The position numbers and the translations under genes are program-made. DNA of 64,000 bases from Lentimicrobium sp. (GTDB lineage: Bacteria; Bacteroidota; Bacteroidia; Bacteroidales; Lentimicrobiaceae): assembly GCA_035298745.1 (NCBI GenBank), contig DATGXS010000046.1, positions 4,317-68,316 on the forward strand. The letters are read 5' to 3'. The number at the start of each line of letters is the position of its first letter. The first letter of the stretch is position 1. Below, piece after piece: positions 17,534 through 27,338 of the stretch. The notes beneath the pieces were generated by a model. That model ran no database searches. It was not told the DNA's origin and saw only the letters and a program-made list of their open reading frames with translations.

Positions 17534-20500
17534 CTACCGATCAGGGTTCAGGGCAGTTAGATCAGCTTTAGCTGCTTTATCTTTAATCACCTCATTATTT
17601 ATAGTAATCACAGCAATACGCTTTTTACCATCCATTTTTACTGTAAGTGGTTTAGGGAACCGAGCAATTGTGAAATAATCGTTCTTTGCTAATTCTGCAT
17701 GCTTTTTAATCATGTCATATCTTATAAAGCTACCCGACATTTCAGGTTGAATGCTAAAGTACCCAACATTCATGGAAGTAACGTTGTGGAAAAAGTGAGA
17801 ACCTGATGAGGCATCTAAAGGGAACCCCTCAAGGCTTGTTTCAACAATGATATTTGCATTTGAAATTTGCGGCCATGTAACAGGTATACCAATCCATTTA
17901 TCCCGCGTACCCCATCTGCCGGGACCAATAAGTATATATTTCTTGTTTTCCTGAATCATACGAGCATTGATTTTATCAATTTCCCTCGCCATTTCTTCAG
18001 TTTTACCTTTATCAAATGTATCGGGATCAACAAATATTATATATTCAATATCGTCAATAAGTCCATTGCCCATTTCCTTTTCTGAATATAATACAATGTC
18101 ATCATCTTTAATAGTACTCATCTCAATCTGGTAATCGTTGGCATTACCAATTAGTGGCTTTATCTGCAATATATAGAAAGTGGCTTTATTGTCCTGATCC
18201 TTATTTAGATCTACTGCAAACTCAATTTCTACCGGTGAGCCTAGTGCTTCTTTTACAACATCAAGTACTACTTCAATAGTCTTAGCGAGGGGTATATAGT
18301 TATACTTCAAAATATCAGCAAAATTAACCACACGTGGCCCCTGTTGGTTTAGTCCCGGACTAATTCTATTATTTTCCAATGAATAAACTGAAGCAAGATG
18401 TTTTAGAGTTCCATGCACTTCTGCATCATAGATATCCAGTTTACGAAGGCCGGCTTCTTCACCCTCAAGCAAATTGACTTCTTGCTTCTTGAGATCAACA
18501 GCATAGAACTTAACCTGAGAACCTTTGTACTGGTCTTTTGGCGAATTAATCTCAAGATTTGGATATAAAGGAGAGAACCGGTATGCCTTTTCACCCTCCA
18601 CAACATAACGACCCAAACCAAGAGCACAAACAGCAAATCCTTCTTCAGGCTTCATATGCCCAAAAGGATAGTAATTATAGGATTGTGCCACCCCACTGAT
18701 ATGAGGATAGTAAACATCGCCATACTGGTTGCCAACAACTTCCTGTATAACCACTGCCATTTTTTCCTGCTCAATCTTATAATTTATGGCCTTTATATAT
18801 CCGCGGGCGGTATCAGAATAGACTGATGCATACACAAGTTTAATGGCATCCATAAGCTGTTGAAGCCGAACCTCCTCGTCAGGATGGCTATTGGGAATCA
18901 GATACGTTTCAAATATTCCCGCAAAGGGCTGATTTAAAGAATCTTCAAAAAGGCCTGATGAACGTATCGCCAATGGCCTTGGAATGCTCTTAATGATTGT
19001 TCTTAACCTTTTAATAAGGGTACCGGTAAGTTTAGCTTCCAGAAACTTACTTTTAATTTCATCATAATTATTTTCACCTAAGATTACATCACGCAAATTG
19101 TTTCTGTCAATGAAGTATTCAAACTCATCAGTACCAATAATAGATGTTTTGGGGGCTCTCAGATTTATATTCGGCACATGCCTTGAGAAATCATAATTAT
19201 AAATCAGCGTATTAATAAAGGCCAGTCCTCTGCCCTTTCCTCCCAATGCACCTTCAGTAAGTGAAATAATATTCTTTTCATCAGTAATAGCTGATTCTTC
19301 AAAAGGAATTACTTTACCTATATTTTGTTCATTCCTGAAATGCTGTATCACACTTATCAGGTACTCGCGCAAACTCTCAGGATCTTTAAAGTCACTAACC
19401 TTAGCAGGATTAAGGATTTTTGCCACCTGAATTTCGCCGCGTGCCATTAACCACATTGAAAAGTGATTCTTTTTTGCATGGTACAGAAGTGATTCAATTG
19501 GTATTCTTGACAGGAAATCCTGAAATTCCTTGAGTGACCGGGCAACTGCAATTTGTTGTCCGTCCTTATTCCTATATATAAAGTTGCCGAAGCCCAGGTA
19601 ATGGGTTATAAAACTTCTGAAATCCTGTAGAAGAGTTTCGGAGTTCTTATTTATAAAAGATGTTTGAAGCTCATAGGCCTTATTTACATTCTCAGCATCT
19701 GATGACTGGATCATAATTGGCAGTTCCTTGATCTCCTTGCGCATTTGTTGTACCAACTTTATACCTGCCGATTCATGCAGCCTACCATCTTTTTTGAATT
19801 TAACATCAGTGATTAAGCATAATATATAGTCCTTATATTTATTGAAGACATACATTGCTTCTTCGTATGTTGATGCTAACATTATCTTTGGTCGTGCCTT
19901 CAATCGAAGTATCCGGTACAATTCGTCGGTGGTCACATCCTCTATGATATGCTTTGTCTGCTCCAGTACAATATTATATAACATAGGCAGATAGAGGGAA
20001 TAATACTTTGGCGAATCTTCCACTACAAGTATAACCCTGGTAATACCTATTTTTGTGTCATTCTCAACATTAATCTTATCCTCCAGGTAATTGATCATTG
20101 CAAAAAATATCTTTGAATCACCATTCCAGACAAATATTTTGTCAATCCAGGTCAGTTTTTCAGGTGTCTTGTCAAACACTGCAATGTCAGTATTGCTATT
20201 TAAAAGAAGGAATACGGGGATATAAGAATAATGCTCTTTTATTTTCCTGCTGATTTCAACCGGGAACTGTTTATCAACACCCATCATGATTATGACCAAA
20301 TCATAATGCTTTTTACCGAGTTGTTCATAAATCTCTTCTTCTGAAGATACACCGGTAATTCTTGGCATAGTGCTAAGGCTAAGTTGATAAAACTCACCGA
20401 GCACATGCTCTGAGAAGCGTCCCTCCTTCTCAATACTGTAAGCATCATAGAGATTGGCAACCAGCAAAATTTCTTTGACCTTGAAAGGCATCAGGTCATG

Positions 20501-21448
20501 GTAGATGTCACGATTGTAATTGCTTCTGTTTAAGAAGGTTTGTAAAAGCTGCCGGCTATACTTTACATTTTCAGGATGGCTTGGCCGCTGAACTGTTTCA
20601 GCAGGAGCGCCCATTTTAATAATAGCCTTACCTTTAATACTATTCAGGAATCCGGTAATAAGATTTGCTATATTAATAATAAGGTGTCGTTCTTCTTCAA
20701 GAAAGGGCCCTTCATAAGATGCAGGGAAAGCTTTAAGGTAATAGATTTCAATGCTTCCTGACTGATTATCTATGGTTTCAAATGATTGTTTTTGTACCCA
20801 CTGAGTTTCCCTGAAATCAGCACTGCTTGTCTCAATGTCTGCATATCTGATCCTGCATACGGCAAATTCAGGATACTGCCATGCTTTAGGCATAATGAGG
20901 CATATCTGATGAATTGCTTCTTCTATGGGTTTTCCGGAACGAAGAATGGCTGTGGTTTGATTGATAGCCGACAATTCTTTCAGCCTTTCCCTGTTTACAA
21001 AGCTACCTTCCTTACCCTTAATACCATTTAAATAACCTTCTATGAGGCTAGCCAGGTTAAGAATTAGATTTCTCTCTTCAAACATAAATGGCCCCTCATC
21101 CATTTTAGGGAATTCACGGAGGTAACAAACCGTGATAAGGCCTTGCATATTATCTATTGTCTGAAATTTCTGTTCCTGCTTCCATTCTGTTTCAACAAAT
21201 CCTCTTGTTGCAAATTCCATATCGTCAAATACGATCCTTGCAACTGTGGCTTCTGGATATTGCCATGCGGAAGGAATTATTGAACAAATCTCTGCCAGGG
21301 TATCCTGAATAGGACCTGCTTTCTTAATAATAGATGTGGTATCATTAATAGCCTGAAGTTCTTTTACCCTTTCTTTACTAAGGTGAAGCAGTTTATCAAC
21401 ATCTATTTTGTTGGTCGAATTATTTGCTTTATCGTCGGCTTGGAGCAT
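17534..21448 (-). CDS. Paralogous PEP-synthase-like ATP-grasp/receiver protein with two N-terminal GAF-like repeats
   Basis: Same motif set as the neighbour (GGKGRG, AIRSSGLFED, FAG, VVIQE, LGLG, VEIEFA, LQIKP). Two ~115-aa repeats KEL.AIN...P.AWQYPE...EGPF..EER.LI. Start set at MLQADDK; the track ORF starts at 21571. Confidence 0.85.
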   Translation of the reverse strand: MLQADDKANNSTNKIDVDKLLHLSKERVKELQAINDTTSIIKKAGPIQDTLAEICSIIPSAWQYPEATVARIVFDDMEFATRGFVETEWKQEQKFQTIDNMQGLITVCYLREFPKMDEGPFMFEERNLILNLASLIEGYLNGIKGKEGSFVNRERLKELSAINQTTAILRSGKPIEEAIHQICLIMPKAWQYPEFAVCRIRYADIETSSADFRETQWVQKQSFETIDNQSGSIEIYYLKAFPASYEGPFLEEERHLIINIANLITGFLNSIKGKAIIKMGAPAETVQRPSHPENVKYSRQLLQTFLNRSNYNRDIYHDLMPFKVKEILLVANLYDAYSIEKEGRFSEHVLGEFYQLSLSTMPRITGVSSEEEIYEQLGKKHYDLVIIMMGVDKQFPVEISRKIKEHYSYIPVFLLLNSNTDIAVFDKTPEKLTWIDKIFVWNGDSKIFFAMINYLEDKINVENDTKIGITRVILVVEDSPKYYSLYLPMLYNIVLEQTKHIIEDVTTDELYRILRLKARPKIMLASTYEEAMYVFNKYKDYILCLITDVKFKKDGRLHESAGIKLVQQMRKEIKELPIMIQSSDAENVNKAYELQTSFINKNSETLLQDFRSFITHYLGFGNFIYRNKDGQQIAVARSLKEFQDFLSRIPIESLLYHAKKNHFSMWLMARGEIQVAKILNPAKVSDFKDPESLREYLISVIQHFRNEQNIGKVIPFEESAITDEKNIISLTEGALGGKGRGLAFINTLIYNYDFSRHVPNINLRAPKTSIIGTDEFEYFIDRNNLRDVILGENNYDEIKSKFLEAKLTGTLIKRLRTIIKSIPRPLAIRSSGLFEDSLNQPFAGIFETYLIPNSHPDEEVRLQQLMDAIKLVYASVYSDTARGYIKAINYKIEQEKMAVVIQEVVGNQYGDVYYPHISGVAQSYNYYPFGHMKPEEGFAVCALGLGRYVVEGEKAYRFSPLYPNLEINSPKDQYKGSQVKFYAVDLKKQEVNLLEGEEAGLRKLDIYDAEVHGTLKHLASVYSLENNRISPGLNQQGPRVVNFADILKYNYIPLAKTIEVVLDVVKEALGSPVEIEFAVDLNKDQDNKATFYILQIKPLIGNANDYQIEMSTIKDDDIVLYSEKEMGNGLIDDIEYIIFVDPDTFDKGKTEEMAREIDKINARMIQENKKYILIGPGRWGTRDKWIGIPVTWPQISNANIIVETSLEGFPLDASSGSHFFHNVTSMNVGYFSIQPEMSGSFIRYDMIKKHAELAKNDYFTIARFPKPLTVKMDGKKRIAVITINNEVIKDKAAKADLTALNPDR

Positions 21449-21621
21449 AAAAAATAGTTTAGTGGTAACAAACACCGGAATCGCTAAAGTTACATATTCT
21501 TTTTTTCTTGCCAAACAATGATAAGTTAGCTTTTTTGTTTGGAAATTTATTTTAGAAAGATGTGATACCATTCATTTTTTTTATCTAATTTTCGCGATCT
21601 TTTTAATTTGTTACCAACTAA

Positions 21622-23022
<1,401 letters not shown>

Positions 23023-23036
23023 TCCTATCCGAATTT

Positions 23037-23076
23037 AAAAAAGAGGCTGTCGTTAAAAGGCAGCCTCTTTTTTTTT
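23037..23076 (+). terminator. Bidirectional intrinsic terminator after gdhA
   Basis: AAAAAAGAGGCTGTC / GGCAGCCTCTTTTTT stem with A- and T-runs on both sides, between convergent genes. Confidence 0.85.
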
Positions 23077-23108
23077 CTATGTAATTACTAAAATTCCGTT
23101 CAATCTAA

Positions 23109-23978
23109 CTAATCGGTACAAGCATCTCGTAAGCGAGTTATTTCATCTTGTTTAGAATGGTCTCCTGCTGCTTCGTATAAATAAGAAAGCATCTCAAACA
23201 TCTTTTCAACTATAACCGGAGGCCGTAAAGGAACAAAATAGTTTTCCTGCGTTGGGAATCTGAGCTTTTTCAACAATTGTATCAATTCTTCCTTAGTGAA
23301 AATACCGCCTTTATTTTCAGGGTTAATGCAGAATTTTACCCTCGAAATACCTGAATTGTCATTATCAATCCAGGCGATAAAATAACGCTCACCGGGCAAT
23401 AACAAACTAAACATAGGCATACCAAGGCTTTGAGCCAGTAGTGTATATAAAATACCTATTGAAATTGAATAGCCCACTTTTGTTTCCAGCAGATTATTCA
23501 GAAAAAGATATTTAACCTCTGCCTCTTGTTTTTCGGGTAATTTAAACTTGTAATGGTCATAAATGATATGATTCATTACTTTCACTTTTTCCAGAGGAGT
23601 AAGGTTCTCATTTAATTCAATCCATATATCACGACGCAACTGGTGTATCTGATCCCGGATATGATCAATATTCAGGCTTGGGTACTGGTACTTTGTGAAG
23701 AGAATGAAACCTTCCAGTAGATCCATATCCTTGAAATGCGACCATTTAACAAGATCAAAATGAAGCTGGTTGAATTGAATATTGTGGATAATATCTTCTA
23801 TTCTTTGCTGAATTCCGGTATCAAAGGTATTTTCCCATGCATCTTCCAGTAATGGAACGGCCGGTGTGCCTATGTTAAATATTTGCTCCCTCACTTTGGC
23901 AAATGATGCATAATCAGGCTCGTCAATGAGACTAATGAGCGCCTGAAGTTCTTGTTCTTTTCCATTGTGTGGATCCAT
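23109..23978 (-). CDS. SirB1/transglutaminase-like (Transglut_core2) protein
   Basis: ELQALISLIDEPD N-terminus, ELNENLTPLEKVKVMNHI, ISIGILY...AQSLGMP...LPG, FCINP.NKG. Confidence 0.75.
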   Translation of the reverse strand: MDPHNGKEQELQALISLIDEPDYASFAKVREQIFNIGTPAVPLLEDAWENTFDTGIQQRIEDIIHNIQFNQLHFDLVKWSHFKDMDLLEGFILFTKYQYPSLNIDHIRDQIHQLRRDIWIELNENLTPLEKVKVMNHIIYDHYKFKLPEKQEAEVKYLFLNNLLETKVGYSISIGILYTLLAQSLGMPMFSLLLPGERYFIAWIDNDNSGISRVKFCINPENKGGIFTKEELIQLLKKLRFPTQENYFVPLRPPVIVEKMFEMLSYLYEAAGDHSKQDEITRLRDACTD

Positions 23979-24135
23979 AAATTAATCGTTCTTTTATAAA
24001 TTCAACAATTAACACTCTTGATTTCCCGCTTCAAAATACAATTTTACCTGCAAAAATGGCTACGGTAACAACAATTAATTCATATATTGACCTGTAAAAT
24101 GTTTAGCTAGACACCATAAGACCAACTATTGCAGA

Positions 24136-25017
24136 TTACTTCTTTACATTAGACAACCGGTCAAGTACAGTTATAATTAATTTTTCCATACTCTCCTTAT
24201 AATTTAAAGTATGGGTTTTATCAACCCTGTTTGCAACAATATTAGTCAGTGTGAGTGCATGATGACCCATCATTTTACTCAGCCCATAAAGTGCAGATGT
24301 TTCCATTTCAAAATTACATATCGTCTTTCCATGATATTCAAATGCAGCCAATCGCTCATTCAGGTCTTCCATATAAGTATTCAAACGCAACTTACGGCCT
24401 TGCGGACCATAAAAACCAGGTGCAGTAGCAGTAATCCCTTTTATAAAACCGTCTCCAAGCATGGTTAATAGTCTGCTGCTTCCTTCAACTATATATGGGG
24501 TTGGAAGCACTGAAGGCCATTTTGCTTTTGTTATGAATGCTTCAGTTAAATTATGATCCATCACCATATCAAGGTTGCGGTAGTAATATAACATACCATC
24601 CAAGCCAAGCCCATATGAGGAAACAACCGTTGAATCAGGGGGGATGCCACCCTGAAGGGCACCTGAAGTCCCTATTCTGACAATATTTAAAGATGTATGA
24701 GTGGTTTTTGCTTCTCTTTTTACAAGGTCAATATTGAATAATGCATCAATCTCATTTAGTACAATGTCAATATTATCAGTACCCATTCCTGTTGACATAA
24801 CAGTAACAGGCAGTCCTTTATAAAATCCGGTATGTGATATAATTTCCCTGTTTTGTTTCTTTACCTCAATGGAGTCAAAATAAGCTGAAACCATGGGTAC
24901 TCTTCCCGGATCACCAACAAGAAGGATATTTTTAGCTATTTCATCAGGAAATAAGTTCAAGTGATAAATACTGCCATCTTTGTTAAGTAATAGTTCAGAA
25001 TGTCCTATGAATGCCAT
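24136..25017 (-). CDS. Nucleoside phosphorylase (uridine phosphorylase family)
   Basis: DGSIYHLNL, VGDPGRV, STGMGTDN, RIGTSG, GFYGPQGR and NFEMETSAL motifs. Start set at Met80 because the longer track ORF overlaps the divergent USP gene. Confidence 0.9.
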   Translation of the reverse strand: MAFIGHSELLLNKDGSIYHLNLFPDEIAKNILLVGDPGRVPMVSAYFDSIEVKKQNREIISHTGFYKGLPVTVMSTGMGTDNIDIVLNEIDALFNIDLVKREAKTTHTSLNIVRIGTSGALQGGIPPDSTVVSSYGLGLDGMLYYYRNLDMVMDHNLTEAFITKAKWPSVLPTPYIVEGSSRLLTMLGDGFIKGITATAPGFYGPQGRKLRLNTYMEDLNERLAAFEYHGKTICNFEMETSALYGLSKMMGHHALTLTNIVANRVDKTHTLNYKESMEKLIITVLDRLSNVKK

Positions 25018-25054
25018 TTGAGTATAATATTTGTTATAAAAGGGCATATAATTG

Positions 25055-25062
25055 TAAATTTG
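25055..25062 (+). promoter_or_regulatory. -7 element (TAAATTTG) for usp-cinA
   Basis: TAnnTTTG match 37 bp upstream of the ATG at 25100. Confidence 0.55.
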
Positions 25063-25074
25063 CCCTCGTAACCA

Positions 25075-25082
25075 CAAAGATA
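25075..25082 (-). promoter_or_regulatory. -7 element (TATCTTTG) for the nucleoside phosphorylase gene
   Basis: TAnnTTTG match on the minus strand. Confidence 0.55.
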
Positions 25083-25099
25083 AATTAATCCCCAATCTG

Positions 25100-25978
25100 A
25101 TGAGCACCATACTCGTTCCTTTTGATTTCAACAAACAGTCGGAACTTGCGCTTGAGCAGGCTGTAAATCTTGCCAAACACACAAATAGTAAGATTACATT
25201 ATTGTATGTCACTGAGTTTCCGGGCTTCCTGACTTCTTTATTTGCAGATGGCAAAGACGAAGAAATGCTTGAAAAAATTAATGATCATCTTGATTCAATT
25301 GCTGCCAGGATTAGCTTAAGAAGTGGTGTTGACGTAGAAGCAACAATGCAAAAAGGCCGCATTTATACTACCATAAATAAAGTAGCTGATGAAATAAAGG
25401 CTAATTATATTGTTATGGGCACCCGGAGCAGCGATGGGAATGACCCAGAACGTAAAAGAATGTTAGGTGCAAACACCTCACGTGTAATAAGAGCCGCATC
25501 ATGCCCTGTAATCACTATAAGTGGAGAATCACATTATGAAGGGTGCCGTTCTATTCTGCTACCTCTGGATCTGACTAAGGAAACAAAACAAAAAGTTGGC
25601 TGGGCAATTGAATTCGCAAAAATATATAATGCAAAAATAAGGGCTGTTTCTGCTCTTTGGTCAGTTAACGATCCGGAAATTATCAGCAAGCTTGACATGC
25701 AGATGAACCAGGTGAAGAAATTTATTCAGGACACAGGTTTGGAATGTGAAGCTGAGATCATTGAAAGCCCGAAAGGTGAAAAAACTCACGTACCGGCAAT
25801 CCTTGATTATGCAAGAACGAAAGGGGATGTTGATTTAATAGTTATAATGACACAGCAGGAGTTTTCAATTGTTGAATTTTTTGTTGGTTCACATGCGCAG
25901 GAGTTCCTCCGCAGTTCAGAGATACCCGTCGTTTCAATTGTCCCAAGGGAATTAGGTTTTGTTTCAATGATGTCATAA
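25100..25978 (+). CDS. Universal stress protein (two USP domains)
   Basis: ILVPFDF...SELALEQA, YIVMGT..., LGANTSRVIRAASCPV; second domain ILLPLD...GSHAQEFLRSSEIPV. Confidence 0.92.
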   Translation: MSTILVPFDFNKQSELALEQAVNLAKHTNSKITLLYVTEFPGFLTSLFADGKDEEMLEKINDHLDSIAARISLRSGVDVEATMQKGRIYTTINKVADEIKANYIVMGTRSSDGNDPERKRMLGANTSRVIRAASCPVITISGESHYEGCRSILLPLDLTKETKQKVGWAIEFAKIYNAKIRAVSALWSVNDPEIISKLDMQMNQVKKFIQDTGLECEAEIIESPKGEKTHVPAILDYARTKGDVDLIVIMTQQEFSIVEFFVGSHAQEFLRSSEIPVVSIVPRELGFVSMMS

Positions 25979-25979
25979 C

Positions 25980-27224
25980 ATGAAAGCTGAAATAATTACA
26001 ATTGGTGATGAATTGTTGATTGGACAGGTAATTGACACAAACAGCGCCTGGATTGCCCGCGAACTTAACATGGTAGGAATTGCAGTTGCGCAGATTACAT
26101 CCATTTCTGATGATCATGAGCATATTATTAAAACCCTTAATGAAGCAACTGAAAGGGCTGATATCATTATCATGACAGGTGGATTGGGCCCAACAAGAGA
26201 CGATATTACAAAGATCGCCCTATGCGACTACTTCAAGACCCACCTGATCTTCGATCCAAAGTCATTCGAGAATATTGAGCGCATTTTCACAATCAGGGGT
26301 TACGCTATGACGGATGTGAACAGGAAACAGGCAGAAGTCCCTGCAGCCTGCGAAGCTCTGTTAAATGTAAATGGAACTGCTCCTGGTATGCTCTTCAGGC
26401 ATAATGGGAGAATATACATTTCTTTGCCTGGGGTACCTTTTGAAATGAAAGCTCTTATGACTGACCATGTATTGCCATTGCTTAAACCATTAAGTGGCAG
26501 GGTCATAATGCATAAAACGATACTTACTCAAGGAGTTGGAGAATCATTCCTTGCCGATAAAATAAAAGACTGGGAGAGTGCTTTACCACAACATATTAAA
26601 TTAGCTTATTTACCTCAACCCGGTATTGTACGACTTAGGCTATCAGCTTTTGGCACATCAGAAGAAACACTGCTTGAAGAACTTACTGACCAGGTGAATA
26701 CCTTATATTCACTGATTCACGAATATATTTTCGGAGAGGATGAAGACAACCTTGAATCAATTATTGGAAAATTGTTAAAAGACTATAATCTGAAATTAGC
26801 CACTGCTGAAAGTTGCACAGGCGGCTATATTGCGCATCTTATTACCTCAGTACCGGGAAGTTCAGCTTATTTTGAAGGCTCAATTATTTCTTACTCAAAT
26901 GAAGTTAAGATTAACTCGTTGGGTGTAAAACAAGAAACTCTTGATGAGTATGGTGCAGTGAGCAAAGAGACAGTTATTGAAATGGCTGAAGGTGTCATGA
27001 AGAGATTAAACGCCAATTGCGCAATAGCAGTATCCGGCATAGCTGGTCCTGATGGCGGTACAAATGACAAACCGGTTGGTACAGTGTGGATTGCTGTCAC
27101 TACTCCGTATACCGGAACTGTAACAAAGAAGTTCTTATTTGGCGAACACCGCGAAAGAAATATACGGAGAAGTGCCCTTGCCGCTTTAGACTTGTTAAGA
27201 AAACAACTTATTTACTCAGCATAA
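25980..27224 (+). CDS. cinA: Competence/damage-inducible protein CinA (with PncC domain)
   Basis: AEIITIGDELLIGQVIDTN, GGLGPTRDD, LPGVPFEM, TAESCTGG and SGIAGPDGG motifs. Confidence 0.95.
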   Translation: MKAEIITIGDELLIGQVIDTNSAWIARELNMVGIAVAQITSISDDHEHIIKTLNEATERADIIIMTGGLGPTRDDITKIALCDYFKTHLIFDPKSFENIERIFTIRGYAMTDVNRKQAEVPAACEALLNVNGTAPGMLFRHNGRIYISLPGVPFEMKALMTDHVLPLLKPLSGRVIMHKTILTQGVGESFLADKIKDWESALPQHIKLAYLPQPGIVRLRLSAFGTSEETLLEELTDQVNTLYSLIHEYIFGEDEDNLESIIGKLLKDYNLKLATAESCTGGYIAHLITSVPGSSAYFEGSIISYSNEVKINSLGVKQETLDEYGAVSKETVIEMAEGVMKRLNANCAIAVSGIAGPDGGTNDKPVGTVWIAVTTPYTGTVTKKFLFGEHRERNIRRSALAALDLLRKQLIYSA

Positions 27225-27264
27225 TATATAAAATCCTGAATCTTTCAGAAAAAGTTAATAATTT

Positions 27265-27294
27265 AGCCCTGCTTTATCAAGCAGGGCTTATTTT
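27265..27294 (+). terminator. Intrinsic terminator after cinA
   Basis: AGCCCTGCTT / AAGCAGGGCT 10-bp stem, 4-nt loop, TATTTT tail. Confidence 0.75.
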
Positions 27295-27338
27295 ATAATT
27301 ATAGTGCCCTAGATGCATATATATATTTATTGGCAGTC

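Noticed and set aside
20840-20862. TGCATATC / TGCATACG half-site look-alikes of the ModE-type operator
   Set aside because: Inside a coding region, direct rather than inverted, with wrong spacing.
14497-21448. Annotation as ordinary phosphoenolpyruvate synthase (ppsA)
   Set aside because: No C-terminal pyruvate-binding barrel, and receiver/GAF-like domains are present; gene symbol withheld.
24136-25254. 372-aa form of the nucleoside phosphorylase ORF
   Set aside because: The first 79 codons overlap the divergent USP gene and promoters; homology begins at Met80.
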